Both the position numbers and the translations under genes were made by a program. From Heteronotia binoei (lineage: Eukaryota): DNA of 64,000 nucleotides. Positions within the stretch are counted from its first letter, which is position 1. Each line of letters opens with the position of its first letter. Positions 1 through 12,400 of this stretch are shown in pieces. The notes beneath the pieces are model-generated. The model was given only the letters and a program-made list of their open reading frames with translations. It was not told the DNA's origin and did not search any database. The stretch is from assembly GCF_032191835.1 (NCBI RefSeq), contig NC_083233.1:31682001-31746000 (forward strand), written 5' to 3'.

Positions 1-306
1 AAACATAGTAATGGAAGCTGTAAAAAGTAAGAAGGACTCCTTTAAGCGGTGGAAAGCTAGTCCAAGTGAGATTAATAAAAGGGAACACAGGCTGTGGCAA
101 ATCAAATGCAAGACTGTGATCAGGCAGGCAAAAAGGGACTATGAGGAGCATATTGCAAAAAACATAAAGACCAACAATAAAAATTTCTTCAAATATATTA
201 GAAGCAGGAAACCAGCCAGGGAGGCAGTGGGGCCCTTGGATGACCAAGAGGTCAAAGAATTACTGAGGGAGGATAGGGAAATGGCTGAGAAGCTGAATGC
301 ATTTTT

Positions 307-1760
307 AATAATAATACCTTTTATTTATATCCCGCCCTCCCCGCCGAGGCAGGCTCAGGGCAGCTAACAACATTAATCAATATAACAAATGATACAGTAC
401 CTTAACAGTAGATAAAAATTAATTAAAATTCTAAAAGCAGTAAAACAATACAATTAACATCTTGGTGCTATTCTGACTGATAACAAAATCATTTAAGCAG
501 TCTCTCAGTGTTTAATCGGTGAAGGCTTCACTAAAGAGGAAGGTCTTGCAGGCTCTGTGGAAACGGTCAAAGTCCCGCAGGGCCCGTACTTCCTCTGGGA
601 GCTGGTTCCACAGGTGTGGGGCCACAACAGAGAAGGCCCAAGTGCAGGTACTCTGCAGTCTTGCTTCCTTCGGCCCTGGGATAGTCAACAGGTCTTTCCC
701 TGCTGACCTCAGTGCTCTCTGGGGTTCGTATGGAAAAAGACGGTCCCTCAGGTAGGCAGGTCCTCGGCCATATAGGGCTTTAAAGGTAATAACCAGCACT
801 TTGTAACGAATCCGGTGTATAACTGGCAGCCAGTGCAGTCCGCGCAGCCCTGGTTGTATGTGCTCCCATTTGGGGAGCCCCAATAACAGCCTAGCCACTG
901 CGTTCTGCACCAGCTGCAGCCTCCGGATTTGGCACAGAGGCAGCCCCATGTAGAGGGCATTACAGTAATCCAGCCTCGAGGTGACCATTGCATGAATCAC
1001 TGTTGCTAGGTCCTGGCGCTCTAGGAAGGGGGCCAGCTGCCTTGCCCGCCTCAAATGGAAAAAGGCTGACTTAGCAGTGGCAGCTATCTGGGCCTCCATT
1101 GATAGTGAGGACTCCAGTAGAACTCCCAAGCTCTTGACCTGGTGTGCCGCTTTCAGCGGCGCCCCATCAAAAGCCAGGAGAGGTATTTCCCTCCCCAGAG
1201 CACCCCGGCCCATGCAAAGGACTTCTGTCTTCGCTGGATTTAGCTTCAGCCCACTCAGCCTTAACCAGGTTGCCACAGCCTGCAATGCCAGGTCCAAGTT
1301 CCCTGGGACGCAGCCAGGCCGGCCATCCATTAACAGATAGAGCTGGATGTCATCCGCATATTGATGGCACCCAAGCCCATACCCCCGGGCAATCTGGGCA
1401 AGGGGGCGCATATAGATATTAAATAGCATCGGTGAGAGAACCGCTCCCTGAGGCACCCCACAATCTAGTGTGCGCCTCTGGGACAGCTCACCCCCGATTG
1501 CCACCCTTTGTCCCCGATCTTTGAGGAAGGAGGAGAGCCATTGTAAAGCCAACCCCCTAACCCCTATGTCGGCGAGGTGGTGGGTAAGTAGCCAGTGGTC
1601 GACCGTGTCAAATGCAGCCGACAGATCTAACAACATCAGCACCGCCACGCCACCTCGATCCAGGTGCCGTTGGAGGTCATCTGCCAAGGTGACCAGCACT
1701 GTCTCCGTCCCGTGACCCGGGTGAAAGCCGGACTGGCAAGGGTCTAGGACAGAAGCCTCT
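307..1760 (-). mobile_element. L2-clade LINE, 5'-truncated, nested in CR1
   Basis: Minus-strand ORF 512-1768 with QSGFHPGHGTETVL, LLDLSAAFDTVDH, GVPQGAVLSP, YADD and RLDYCNALY. It is followed by an AT-rich 3' UTR, the terminal CTGAGCC...GGGAGGGCGGGATATAAAT hairpin and a (TAT)n-like tail at ~307-370. Confidence 0.93.
512..1760 (-). CDS. L2 ORF2 C-terminal fragment (RT domain), uninterrupted from the truncation point to the stop
   Basis: 418-aa ORF in the track. The first residues (MKT) are read from antisense CR1 DNA. RT motif HQYADD is present. Confidence 0.8.
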
Positions 1761-1769
1761 GTCTTCACT

Positions 1770-3357
1770 GTGGAAGATGAGGAGTGTTTGCCTGCTCCAG
1801 AACCACTTATATTGGAAGGAGTGTTGAAAGACCTGAGTCAGATTGAGGTGACAAGGGAGGAGGTCCTACAACTGATAGATGAATTAAAAACTAATAAATC
1901 ACAAGGTCCGGATGGCATATATCCAAGAGTTCTGAAAGAACTCAAAGTTGAACTTGTGGATCTTCTGACAAAAATATGTAATCTTTCGTTGAAATCTATC
2001 TCCGTTCCTGAGGATTGCAAGGTAGCAAATGTCACCCCCATCTTTAAAAAGGGTTCCAGAGGAGATCCGGGAAATTACAGGCCAGTCAGTCTGACTTCAA
2101 TACTGGGAAAGTTGGTAGAAACCATTATCAAGGACAGAATGAGTAGGCACATTGATGAACACAAGTTATTGAGGAAGACTCAGCATGCGTTCTGTAAGGG
2201 AAGATCTTGCCTCACTAACCTGTTACGTTTCTTTGAGGGGGTGAACAAACATGTGGACAAAGGAGACCTGATAGTTATTGTTTACCTTGACTTCCAGAAA
2301 GCTTTTGATAAAGTTCCTCATCAAAGGCTCCTTAGTAAGCTCGAAAGTCATGGAGTAAAAGGACAGGTCTTCTTGTGGATCAAAAACTGGCTAATTAATA
2401 GGAAGCAGAGAGTGAGTATAAATGGGCAGTCTTAGCAGTGGAGGACGGTAAGCAGTGGAGTGCCGCAGGGCTCAGTACTGAGTCCCATGCTCTTTAACTT
2501 GTTCATAAATGATTTGGAATTGAGAGTAAGCAATGAAGTGGCCAAGTTTGCAGATGACACTAAATTGTTCAGGGTGGTGAGAACCAGAGAGGATTGTGAG
2601 GCACTCCAAAGAGATCTGTTGAGACTGGGTGAGTGGGCGTCAACTGGCAGATGAGGTTCAATGTGGCCAAGTGCAAAGTAATGCACATTGGGGCCAAGAA
2701 TCCCAGCTACAAATAGAAGTTGATGGGGGGTGTGAACTGGCAGAGACTGACCAAGAGAGAGATCTTGGGGTCATGGTAGATAACTCACTGAAAATGTCAA
2801 GACAGTGTGCGATTGCAATAAAAAAGGCCAATGCCATGCTGGGTATTATTAGGAAGGGAATTGAAAACAAATCAGCCAGTATCATAATGCCTCTGTATAA
2901 ATCGATGGTGCGGTCTCATTTGGAATACTGTGTGCAATTCTGGTCACCGCACGTTAAAAAGGATATTATAGCATTGGAAAAAGTGCAGAAAAGGGCAACT
3001 AGAATGATTACAGGCTTGGAACACTTTCCCTATGAAGAAAGGTTAAAACGCTTGGGGCTCTTTAGCTTGGAGAAACGTCGACTGCGGGGTGACATGATAG
3101 AGGTTTACAAGATTATGCATGGGATGGAGAAGGTAGAGAAACTTTTCTCCCTTTCTCACAATACAAGAACTCGTGGGCATTCAATGAAATTGCTGAGCAG
3201 TCAGGTTAGAACGAATAAAAGGAGGTACTTCTTCACCCAAAGGGTGATTATCATGTGGAATTCACTGCCACGGGAGGTGGTGGCAGCTACAGGCATAGCC
3301 AGCTTCAAGAGGGGGTTAGATAAAAATATGGAGCAGAGATCCATCAGTGGCTATTAG
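1770..3357 (+). pseudogene. Disrupted CR1 ORF2 (reverse transcriptase and C-terminal region)
   Basis: In-frame TAG at 2433-2435 and frame changes near 2655-2730 split the RT into three ORFs. The FADD catalytic motif is retained. Confidence 0.88.
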
Positions 3358-3360
3358 CCA

Positions 3361-3362
<2 letters not shown>

Positions 3363-3394
<32 letters not shown>
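3363..3394 (+). repeat. (GT)n microsatellite inside the CR1 3' UTR
   Basis: Perfect GT run of ~16 units between the CR1 stop codon and the terminal stem-loop. Confidence 0.95.
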
Positions 3395-3396
<2 letters not shown>

Positions 3397-4123
3397 TGGC
3401 TACTGTGTGACACAGAGTGTTGAACTGGATGGGCCATTGGCCTGATCCAACATGGCTTCTCTTATGTTCTTATGTTTTGATCTTTTCTGAGACCCCTTAT
3501 ATGTAACACTTGTAAAGGCACCTCTCTGTAGTGTTCTGTGGTGATGTGTTATGCTGCCTCTTGGCCTTCCTCAGTGTTTCTTCCTTATTTTCACTGCCAT
3601 GAAAGGCTCTTGCTATAGAATTCTTAGTTGGACCCAAAGAACAGAATCACTTAGTTAGAATGTCAGAAGCATGTGGAGGTGACTCTGAGGTAAAAGGAAA
3701 TCCTTTTTTCTAAACAAAACAGTTGTTTCCTATAAAACATTATTTAGAAATATAACACTGTAATGGTTTCAGTAAATTTGATAAGCATAATGGTTTCAGG
3801 TAAGTACTTCTTTAGCTGAAGTTCCTTAAATAGACCTAGCCACAAAGTCTTGTTTTCTCGCTTGCCAGTGAGGATAACAACTTCCACAAAGCTTAATTCC
3901 CTAACTTGCTGCTTAGGCTGATAATTCCGACAAAAAGCAAAGATTTCTTTCATACACTATTCTCTTCACCCACTGAACTCTTTTCTCTCTTACAAGATCT
4001 TTCTCACCAACCCATTCAACTCCACCTGCCATCTAACACTCCTCAATAACCTATCCTCCTTATTCTACAGTGCTATCTTTTAACACACAACCACATATAT
4101 AAAACCCCACATTACATCACAGA

Positions 4124-4302
4124 GACCAATTTCGCACTAGAGCTTTAATCCTGGTTTAACTCTGTCCCCAAACTGACTTTCTAAACTAAAACCATAGAAT
4201 CATAGTCATAAAGTTGGTTTCTCTGATTCTCTGATTCTAGTGTAGAAAGTCAGTTTGGGGATAGAGTTAAACCAGGATTAAAGCTCTAGTGAGAAACTGG
4301 CC
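4124..4302. mobile_element. Palindromic MITE, PIF/Harbinger-like
   Basis: ~66-bp inverted arms (CCAATTTCGCACTAGAGCTTTAATCCTGG... / ...CCAGGATTAAAGCTCTAGTGAGAAACTGGCC, about 5 mismatches). A 3-bp AGA direct repeat lies on both flanks (4121-4123, 4303-4305). Confidence 0.7.
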
Positions 4303-4824
4303 AGAGATAAAAGACCCACAAAATATTTACATAGAGAAACATCATACCTTCAATTTCAAATGAAGTATGATTAGCTAGCATGGAGATCTCTTGGTCTAGA
4401 GGAACCAAGAGTTCCTCTTAAATGAGAGAAGGCACCTTCCAGTTGGAGCTATTTGCTGCTGACCTGCCCACCCTCCCATGGGGAAAAATAGGATGAGGTG
4501 ATCATCTTCTGGGCCAGGCAACATTCTTACAAAGTTGCTCAGGGAGAAGATCATTTTTCACCTGTTGCTGGGGGGAAGGGGTATAGTTAGGCCTGGTTAG
4601 GTAAAATTAGGAAGGAATGGGCCAGTTTATAGGAATAGGCCAGCAAGTATATAAAGATTAAAGTTTGTATCTTACAGCCCATCATTCACCATACAGTGGA
4701 ACCTTGGTGCTGAACAGCATCAGCAAAACTCTTAGTTGTCGATGTGGCATGTTGGGGGAAGGAGGTAACACTTGGCTCAATGATGAACATAAATTTAATA
4801 ACAGAACAGCATAGCCTCCAATCA

Positions 4825-5020
4825 TGACCAGTGCACTGCAGAAGCTTTCAAAGCAGGCTGCAGGTTCTAGGTTCAAACCCTGGCATCTCCAGTTCAAAGG
4901 GCCACACATCAGGTGATATGAAAGACTTCTGCCTGAGACCCTGAACATCCACTGCCATTCTTAGTAGACAATACTGAACTTGATGGACTGATTCAGTATA
5001 AGGCAGCTGCATGTGAACAT
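4825..5020 (+). mobile_element. tRNA-headed SINE (Squam2-like), degenerate
   Basis: B-box-like GGTTCAAACCC, then GGCATCTCCAG...AGTAGACAATACTGA...TTCAGTATAAGGCAGCT...CATGTG. The same layout recurs at 9256, 15001 and 57068. Confidence 0.6.
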
Positions 5021-6637
5021 TTAAATGAACTAGTTTAATCCAACTTGGTTGTCTTGTGACTTCATTTGTGAGGTTCTGGTACAAAGGGATACAAATGAAA
5101 TGAAGAATGTGAAAACTGTGGTAACCTGAACGTGCCTATTCCAGAATTAATTTTAGAAACTGGGATTCAGGAGAAGCCAATCTTCTGGTAGACCAAAGCC
5201 ATAGGACAATAAAGGTGTGGAAAGAGGAATGTGTCCATGCCTAATCAGAATTGATGCTGTATGTTTCTGGATGCTATAAACGTCCTAATTCCAGCTGTTC
5301 TTTATTTGTTTATTTATTTGACTATTTATGCCTTGCTTCCCCTACCATGGGGACCCCACAGTGGCTTTCAATGTTTTTATCTTCTCTTTCATTTTATCAC
5401 ATTCTTGTGAATTTGATTAGGCTTAGAGAGAACGAGAGGACCATGGCCAACCAACAAGGTTCCATGGCAAAATGGAGATTCAAGCCTGGGTTTCCCAAAT
5501 CTACTCTGACACTCTAAACTGCACCAAAAATGAGAATCCCTGATTCAGTTATGTTTCTCTGTCATGCAACTCAAACCTGTGAGATCTTTTTTGTTTGCTT
5601 TCTTTTATCAATTATCCCCTGTTAAAATGAACATTTTCCCAGTGTTCTTTTTTCCCTTAATGGCATGAAATTGGCTTAACAGAAATTCACAACTTGGGAT
5701 CATCAACAACGAAAATGAGTGGAACAAAAAAGCTTGGGACAACCACATACAAAAACACAAGGAAATGAAAAAGGGCGTCTTTGCGTGCATGTTTTATGAG
5801 AGCTACTTGGGGCCCAGGAAAAATGGCATAGTATGTATTTAAATAAATGAAAAAGTATTATTATCCTTCTGGTATTATTATACCACAGTAAAAGAATGTT
5901 AACTTGTGTCCTGACTCCAACAGTCTTTGAGTTATTACAATAATTGCTTTATTCTGAGGTACATCCTATTAAAAACAGCATTAAAAACAGAAAATTGAGT
6001 GTTTCAATATGTTACCTCTGTTGTGAAGGCACAGTAATTATCCACATACCCCTAGAGTGTGGAAAACTGGCCATGAAACTTCAAACATTTATTGAAGCAA
6101 ATGTTGTGATAATGAGAATTATTATTGTATTCATTGTAGAAAAGAGTAGTATTTTTTTCCAAAGCACCCACAACTTTGCTATAAAATACACAGTTGTGAT
6201 AGCTTCTATTTTTTAAAATAATGGGCTGCTTACAGCAAATATGGCTCCATCTCTTAAAATGATGTAGTTCAGCTCACATTGCCCAAGTATGAACAACACT
6301 GTTGCTACAGAACACTGATTTCTCATCCCTGTTGATTCAGCTTGATAATCCTTATTGCGATTTCACTTCTCCCTTGTGCAAATCAAGTCGGAGTCTATTT
6401 GTTCGTTTGTTTGTGCTTCATTAACTGTTTCCTCATAGTGATTTCTTTCCTGTGTGAGAGACTATGAGTACAGAGACTATGACTAATAGTAGAGAAACCA
6501 AGGTTCTTACTTAAAGTCAAAGTATAGCAACAAGTTTCCGAGACATAGCTTCCTGTCTTGGTCCACCCCAAGGGCTTTTGATCAGATGTTTGCCATGCTA
6601 CCAGGCACAGCTACCCTTCAAACCATCTGCTCTTCAC

Positions 6638-6836
6638 TAGGACTGCCACTTCAGGCTGGAAAATACCCGGGGACTTTCAGAGTGGAACCTAAAGAGGGTG
6701 AGTTTGGAGAGGGGAGGGAGCTCAAGAGGTATAATGTCATAGACTCCACCTTCCAAAGTAGCCATTTTCTCCAGGGGAACTTATCAGTTGTAATACTGGG
6801 AGATCTCCAGGCCACGCTTGGAAGTTGGTTACCCTA
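6638..6836 (-). mobile_element. Short hAT-like MITE (TAGGGTTGCCA-type TIR family)
   Basis: Ends TAGGACTGCCA / TGGTTACCCTA. The internal sequence is the reverse complement of the copies at 8103, 38814 and 44122. Confidence 0.6.
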
Positions 6837-8102
6837 TTTTTTGTTCTGAAGTAGATCCACACTTTCGCTGCATTCTACCTGAGGCAGATCTGGACTCTCA
6901 TTGCACTTGCTGGCTGCAATCACACACACAAAAAATGCACTTTCCAACTGTATTTTACTGTTTGAACTGGCAAAATCTAGTTGTAAAGTGCATTGAAAGT
7001 ACATTGAAAGTGTATTATTTACTGTTTGTGATCACAGCCTCTGTGAAGCAAACCTGAATTAACTCCTGCTGTTTTTCCCTTTTAACATTCCATATCCCAC
7101 CTGAAAGGTGATTGGATACTAGAGCAGCACTCCCACAGACTCAGCTGAATGGCTGGTTTTTTTCCCCTTCAGGGGTAGGACAATCTCATGCCTGTAACAG
7201 TCACAAATAATTTCTGGCATTTCTTATACAAAATCCAGATAAAACTATTTTACATGTAGTATAATTTATGGAGACTCACCTAACTGAAACTATTCCTGTT
7301 AAGACAGCAAATTGAGTTAAGCATAAAATTAGTCATGTATTGTCAGTGTTTGAGAAATATGTAATATCTAATGCTGGTAACTGTATATGTTGAACAATGA
7401 CACAAAAATGTCTACAGTGTGTTGACTATATCAGAATAGTGGGTTGAAGATCATTGAAAATGTCTCTTCTGTAAAGTTTAAAAATTATATTCCATTGGAG
7501 GAAGGAAGCAATCAAAAGCCCATCCTCTTCTGTCTTTCTGTTTCACTGTGGTATAATTCACCAGCGATACAGACCCATGAACCTAAGATTGTCCCTCTTA
7601 TGCTAAATCAAACAGTTACAAAATGGACCCCCCTTTCCTCCCATATACATGTTCAATCTGTCTTCACACCTTCTGAATACAGTTCTCTGAATGTATTAGC
7701 ACATTTCACCATGGAGTCTCGACATTAGCACTAACTCACTCATTTAATAAATGAAAGTACATTTTACCTCTCCAAAGTGTCATTCCTGTAATGTATCTAA
7801 GCAGAATCACTTTCATTATCCGTCACAATCTGATGGCAGCTTTTAAAATGAGAACTATTAGAATATCTTACAGGCTTCCTTTCATAACACCTTTTTCCTG
7901 TTGGGTCATCTGTCTGTCTTCACATCTCAGGCAAAAAAAAAATTAAACATTCAACAGATTTGTCATCGGCTGATCATTAAATGTGATCATCTGACGCAGA
8001 AATTAATTTAATAACCACTTCACTATTATCCCTGCTGTAGCAATGAAGCTTGTTGGCTGAAACTTTTCTAAATATGCTGAGATAATGAGGCACAGGAAAA
8101 GT

Positions 8103-8387
8103 TAGAGTTGGCAGCCTCCAGGTGGGGCCTGGAGATCTTCCAGAATTAAAACTCACCTCTAGACTTCACAGATTATTTCCCCTGCGGAGCTAGATTTGAG
8201 TGCAATTGGACTCTAATCTAGCTGTTCTGCAGACCAACATCTGAAACTAGGAGGAAAATGACAGCTTTGGAGCATGGAATCTATACCATGGAGCATTATA
8301 CCCCACTGAGGTCCCTCCCAAACTCCACCATCCCCAAGTTGTATCTCCAAATCCCCAGGAATTTCCAACCAGGAGTTGGCAGCCGTA
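8103..8387 (+). mobile_element. Short hAT-like MITE (same family) carrying a ~65 bp insertion
   Basis: TAGAGTTGGCAGCCTCCAGGTGGGGCCTGGAGATC ... GGAGTTGGCAGCCGTA. It has extra sequence at 8188-8252 relative to the 38814 copy. Confidence 0.65.
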
Positions 8388-8810
8388 GGAGGATCTGATG
8401 TGGACAAGACACTCCTGCATTTCCATTGAGGTTTTAGACATGGCTCATCAGTGACAGGCGCTAAAATCTGCTTCTAAAACTACCCTTCTTGCCAAGGACT
8501 GAAAATCTGGAATCTCAAGACAGGATGTGGCTGGGATTTAGTGCACTCTTTAGAACAGTTTCCTGGGACTAAATTCCATTGAATAGTTCTTGGTCGATTT
8601 CTGAGCTACCAGGGAATATTTATGCAGTACACTTAAGTAGGAAAAGAGAGCATTGTTATTGTCATCTGAGAGACACTGGATGAACTTACCTGTTGTTATA
8701 TTTTTTTTCAAATGGATAACATTAATTTTTGCTTCTCCCTCCCAGCACACTGAAGGTGCAGCTAGTTAATACCAGCTAGATACATCCTGCGACTCTTGAA
8801 ATCACATACA

Positions 8811-8841
<31 letters not shown>

Positions 8842-8889
8842 TCATGGAATTTTTAATAATACCTCCCCCCATCTAGCTTTTTAATATGC

Positions 8890-8965
8890 AGCCTGATGAC
8901 ATGTTCTGGAGAACTTGAAATCTTGTATAATATGTTGCACAGTTTTGGTTGATGTTAATAAGAGG
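8890..8965 (+). mobile_element. Penelope-like element end, degenerate hammerhead relic
   Basis: CTGATGA(8893-8899)-catGTTC tgga GAACtt-GAAA, followed by a TTGGTTG..TAATAA tail. Confidence 0.4.
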
Positions 8966-9255
8966 CTTTTGTTGTTGTTGTTGGCTAGTTGTCATGATGA
9001 AGGGAAATATGTAGTAGAATCCCCTGAGGAGTTAAAATTCAGGACTGATGCTGTTTAACTTGTTCATAAAGAAGCCAGAATGAGGCGTGAATAGTGAATT
9101 GGCTGGTCTGCAGATACCACCACCTTTTCAGGACACTGAAGACCGGTCAGTGAGATTCTAATGTGATGTCTTTAGACGACTGTCAATCTTAGACTAGGGG
9201 AACCCGAGTTCAAATTCTTTCTCAAACGTAAAAACACAAAACAAAAAAAACCCTT

Positions 9256-9449
9256 TGCTGTGACTGAATGAGAGAGCACCTGCTTTGCAAGCAGAACATC
9301 CTAGTTTCAATCCTTGGCATTTTCAGTTAAAAGGAACAAGTAATAGGTGCTATGGAAGGCCTTGACCTGAGACCCTGAAGGCCAACTGCCAGTAAGACAA
9401 CAATTCTGACCTTGATAGACCAGTATACGGAAGCCTCATGTGTTCATGT
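9256..9449 (+). mobile_element. tRNA-headed SINE (Squam2-like)
   Basis: GAGAGCACCTGCTTTGCAAGCAGAA head, B-box-like TTTCAATCC, CCTGAGACCCTG body, CATGTGTTCATG tail. Confidence 0.6.
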
Positions 9450-12400
9450 ATTATAAGAATACATGCCCAGCTGGAGTAGATCAATATATCATCCAGTATC
9501 CTGTTTCCCACAGCAGCCAATCGGAGGTCCATTACGGACAGAGTGTAGAGGACAATGTCTGTCTCTAGCATATTTATTTGTGCTGCGCTGAAGCTAGAGA
9601 CCTAAATGTGTATTTCAAGGTCTAAAATAGGCTATGGAAATTACTCTAGGAATGTATGTCATTTTCCAATCCACCAAGGTTTACAGTCCCACAGACTCCT
9701 TAGCTACAGATGTTCGCGGAGATCAAAATTTGGGTTCATTGTCTGCAACACTTTGAAATATGCACCAATTAATATAAATGATTATTAGGCTCTTCAGCAA
9801 CCATTTCTGTGTAATGAAATGTCACAGATTCATTTTAATGAAATTATTTTTATATTTTGCTTGCATGAGAAATAGAGCCGATGATCAGCAAAAGAATGAG
9901 TTCTAATTTTTTTTAAAAAGCTCACAATTATGACAGCTGTACTGAATTAGCCAATGCATAAATGATGGTGTTAGAACAAAATCTACTTGTCAGCTAAATC
10001 GAACATGGTTTGTGTTTCCCCTCTTAAGACTGGAGACATCTTTATTGTTAGTTAAAATTTCTTGGAATATACACCAGCATCAGATTTATGCAGTTAAGTG
10101 AGTTTTATCTAGATAACTAGATGGCTCTGCAGAGGTTTTGATAGACTTCCAGCCTTAGATCACAAAGACCAGGGGTTCAAATCTTTGCTGAGGGACAAGG
10201 CTTCCTGGTAAATCTTGGTCCCATCACTGTTTCTCAGTTTCCTTAAATGACCACAGTAGGAATAAAACTGAATGGGCTCATGAAATCCATCCGCAGAAGT
10301 TTTGAGAGAGCACATGACAATGTGCTTTTAATAACAAAGATGATTGTGGTATTAAAACCTCTTTTAATGCAGGCCTCTCCTCCATCCAACATACAGTGTT
10401 CGGTCATTGTGTGGGGATAAAATAAATCGATTCCCCCACCCCGTAGCTCAAATTCCTTCTCCAGGATTCTGTAAGTTCTCAGGGGGGGTTGATGATCCCA
10501 GTCCACAGGCGACATCCGAAGTTTGATTTGACTGAGAAAGCATCTGGGAAATGGCATCAAAATACCATCCCTCAAACCACCAAATTCAGCCGACATTGTC
10601 AGCAATTACGCTGGTTATCCCTGGCGGATGTCACGTCCTTTCTCAGAACATTTTGGTGATCAGTCTTTTATTTTAAGTTTGAGTGCTAGAAGCCCTGTCA
10701 AAGGTTCAGGCCTTTTGTCATTTACTTCGGGCTGAGATGTTTGGGAGATTTATTAAGGGCCATGTTTAATGATGCATGCCTGGCTCCTTACAAGAGAGTC
10801 ACTCAAATGTCAAAACCAAATGCTCAAGCAGAGCTGTAAAAACTGATGGGCTGTTCTCTCCCTTTCTCCCTCTCTCCTCTTTCATAATGGGTTGCTTGCT
10901 TCACACTTGAGTAAAAATCAGTTAAGCCATTTCTTGCTTCAGTTAATGTGTCTTTCATTTGTATCTATTTGGAGAATAAGGTACTGCTAATTAGACACTA
11001 ACAACATGGTCCAGATAAATTAGCACTCTTTTAATGGAGGCAATTGCTCTTTTGTGATTTCACCTTCCTGCATTGTTGTGTGTGTGTTTTATGTGGGTGA
11101 GTAACATAGGCCTGAGAAGGTATCCACATGTTGTCTTCAATATCTGAATCATAGCTTAGTTTCTCTTATTTATCGTTTTCCCTGCCTTTTGGCCTTGACT
11201 CCCAAGATAACATACAATTAAGTTTCACATGACAGTCTTAAAATTCATTCAAGCAATCAGGGTACATTAAGAGCTGTCCTCAACTCCAGATCATCTTCAA
11301 AAAGCCTGGCAAATGAAAAGCATCTCAATGTGACTCCTGAAAGCAATCAGGGAATGGGCCCTGTGGATCTACAAAGGAAATTAGTTACAGAAAGCAGGGG
11401 CCACTGTCAAGAAGGTCCTGTTCCTATGAATCATCAGTTTAAATTATGTTAAGGATGAACCCCAAAGTTGAGTCTTTCATGGATGTTTATATTTGGAAAT
11501 ATTAAATGGGAGCCTATATAACTTGTATAAGGCTTTCGGTGTAAGCTTAAAAACACTTTCCTGGGAGTACAACCCACTGAATAGAACTAAGTAAAATTCT
11601 TGGAACACCTGCTTTGAATTTTTATCTAAAATCACCCTTCCCCTGTATCCTGTCTCTAATAGCATTGCCAGTTGGTTTGGAGAAAAATGTCCTGTCCCTT
11701 TAATAGATGCGTCAAGTGTGGAAATGGAGAGTTAAAGCTTTTCAGGGCATGGGGATAAATAGCATCACTTTGGTAAATAACATTCCACTAAAACTCTGTT
11801 AAATGGATTCTCCAGGTCAGTTGGCAACTCTAATTACCACCATCAATATATATACCTACAAATGACCCCCCCCCCAATATTTCTAACTGAAACTGATCTT
11901 CAGCTATTTGAAGTAATTTACCGAAAGGGCTTGTTCTATAGAAAGTGCGAGAGAAGTAATCTTAGTAGTTTCTCTGCTTAGTTTGATCTTATAGGGCCTT
12001 AAGCAACAATGAAAAATTTTCAACTATTTTTTAAAGCTAGTCACATAGGTGAAGCAGCCTTTCTGAAAATATAGTTCATTCTCGATATGTATGGAGTTTC
12101 TTAGCATTCATTTATTTAACTACAAATATAGGCCTAAAAATGAAATCTTAAAAAGAATTTCACCCTTCAACACCCTTTGAACTCTCATTAGAATTTCACT
12201 ATTAATGCAGTAAACATCTTCTAATAGCCATAAGAATAAGGACTGTGGAGAAATGCATTTTACTTTGAGGTCTGAAAACTCCCCTGAACACTTGGTTTTA
12301 GAAGTTTGTCTCTGTTATTAGAAGGCAGGCCAGAGGTGGGAAGTCAGCTGCTCCCATGTATTGCTTATCTTTTCAGCGGCTCTGATGAATATCCAAAGCC

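Larger units (their letters stand above)
1..3476 (+). mobile_element. CR1 LINE, ORF2 region to 3' end (runs off the window start), degenerate, interrupted by an L2 insertion at 307-1754
   Basis: ORF pieces 11-306 (...KNFFKYIRSRK...AEKLNAF), 1770-2435 (PGNYRPVSLTS, YLDFQKAFDKVPH), 2460-2654 (PQGSVLSP, KFADDTKLF) and 2629-3357 (RSHLEYCVQFWSP, LFSLEKRRLRGD) are typical CR1 RT segments. The element ends in the CR1 stem-loop GGACTGGATGGGCC...CCTGATCCAAC plus TTCTTATG repeats at ~3425-3476. Confidence 0.93.

Noticed and set aside
10243-10605. 120-aa minus-strand ORF
   Set aside because: No recognisable motif or splice context; treated instead as a possible constrained non-coding region around the microexon candidate.
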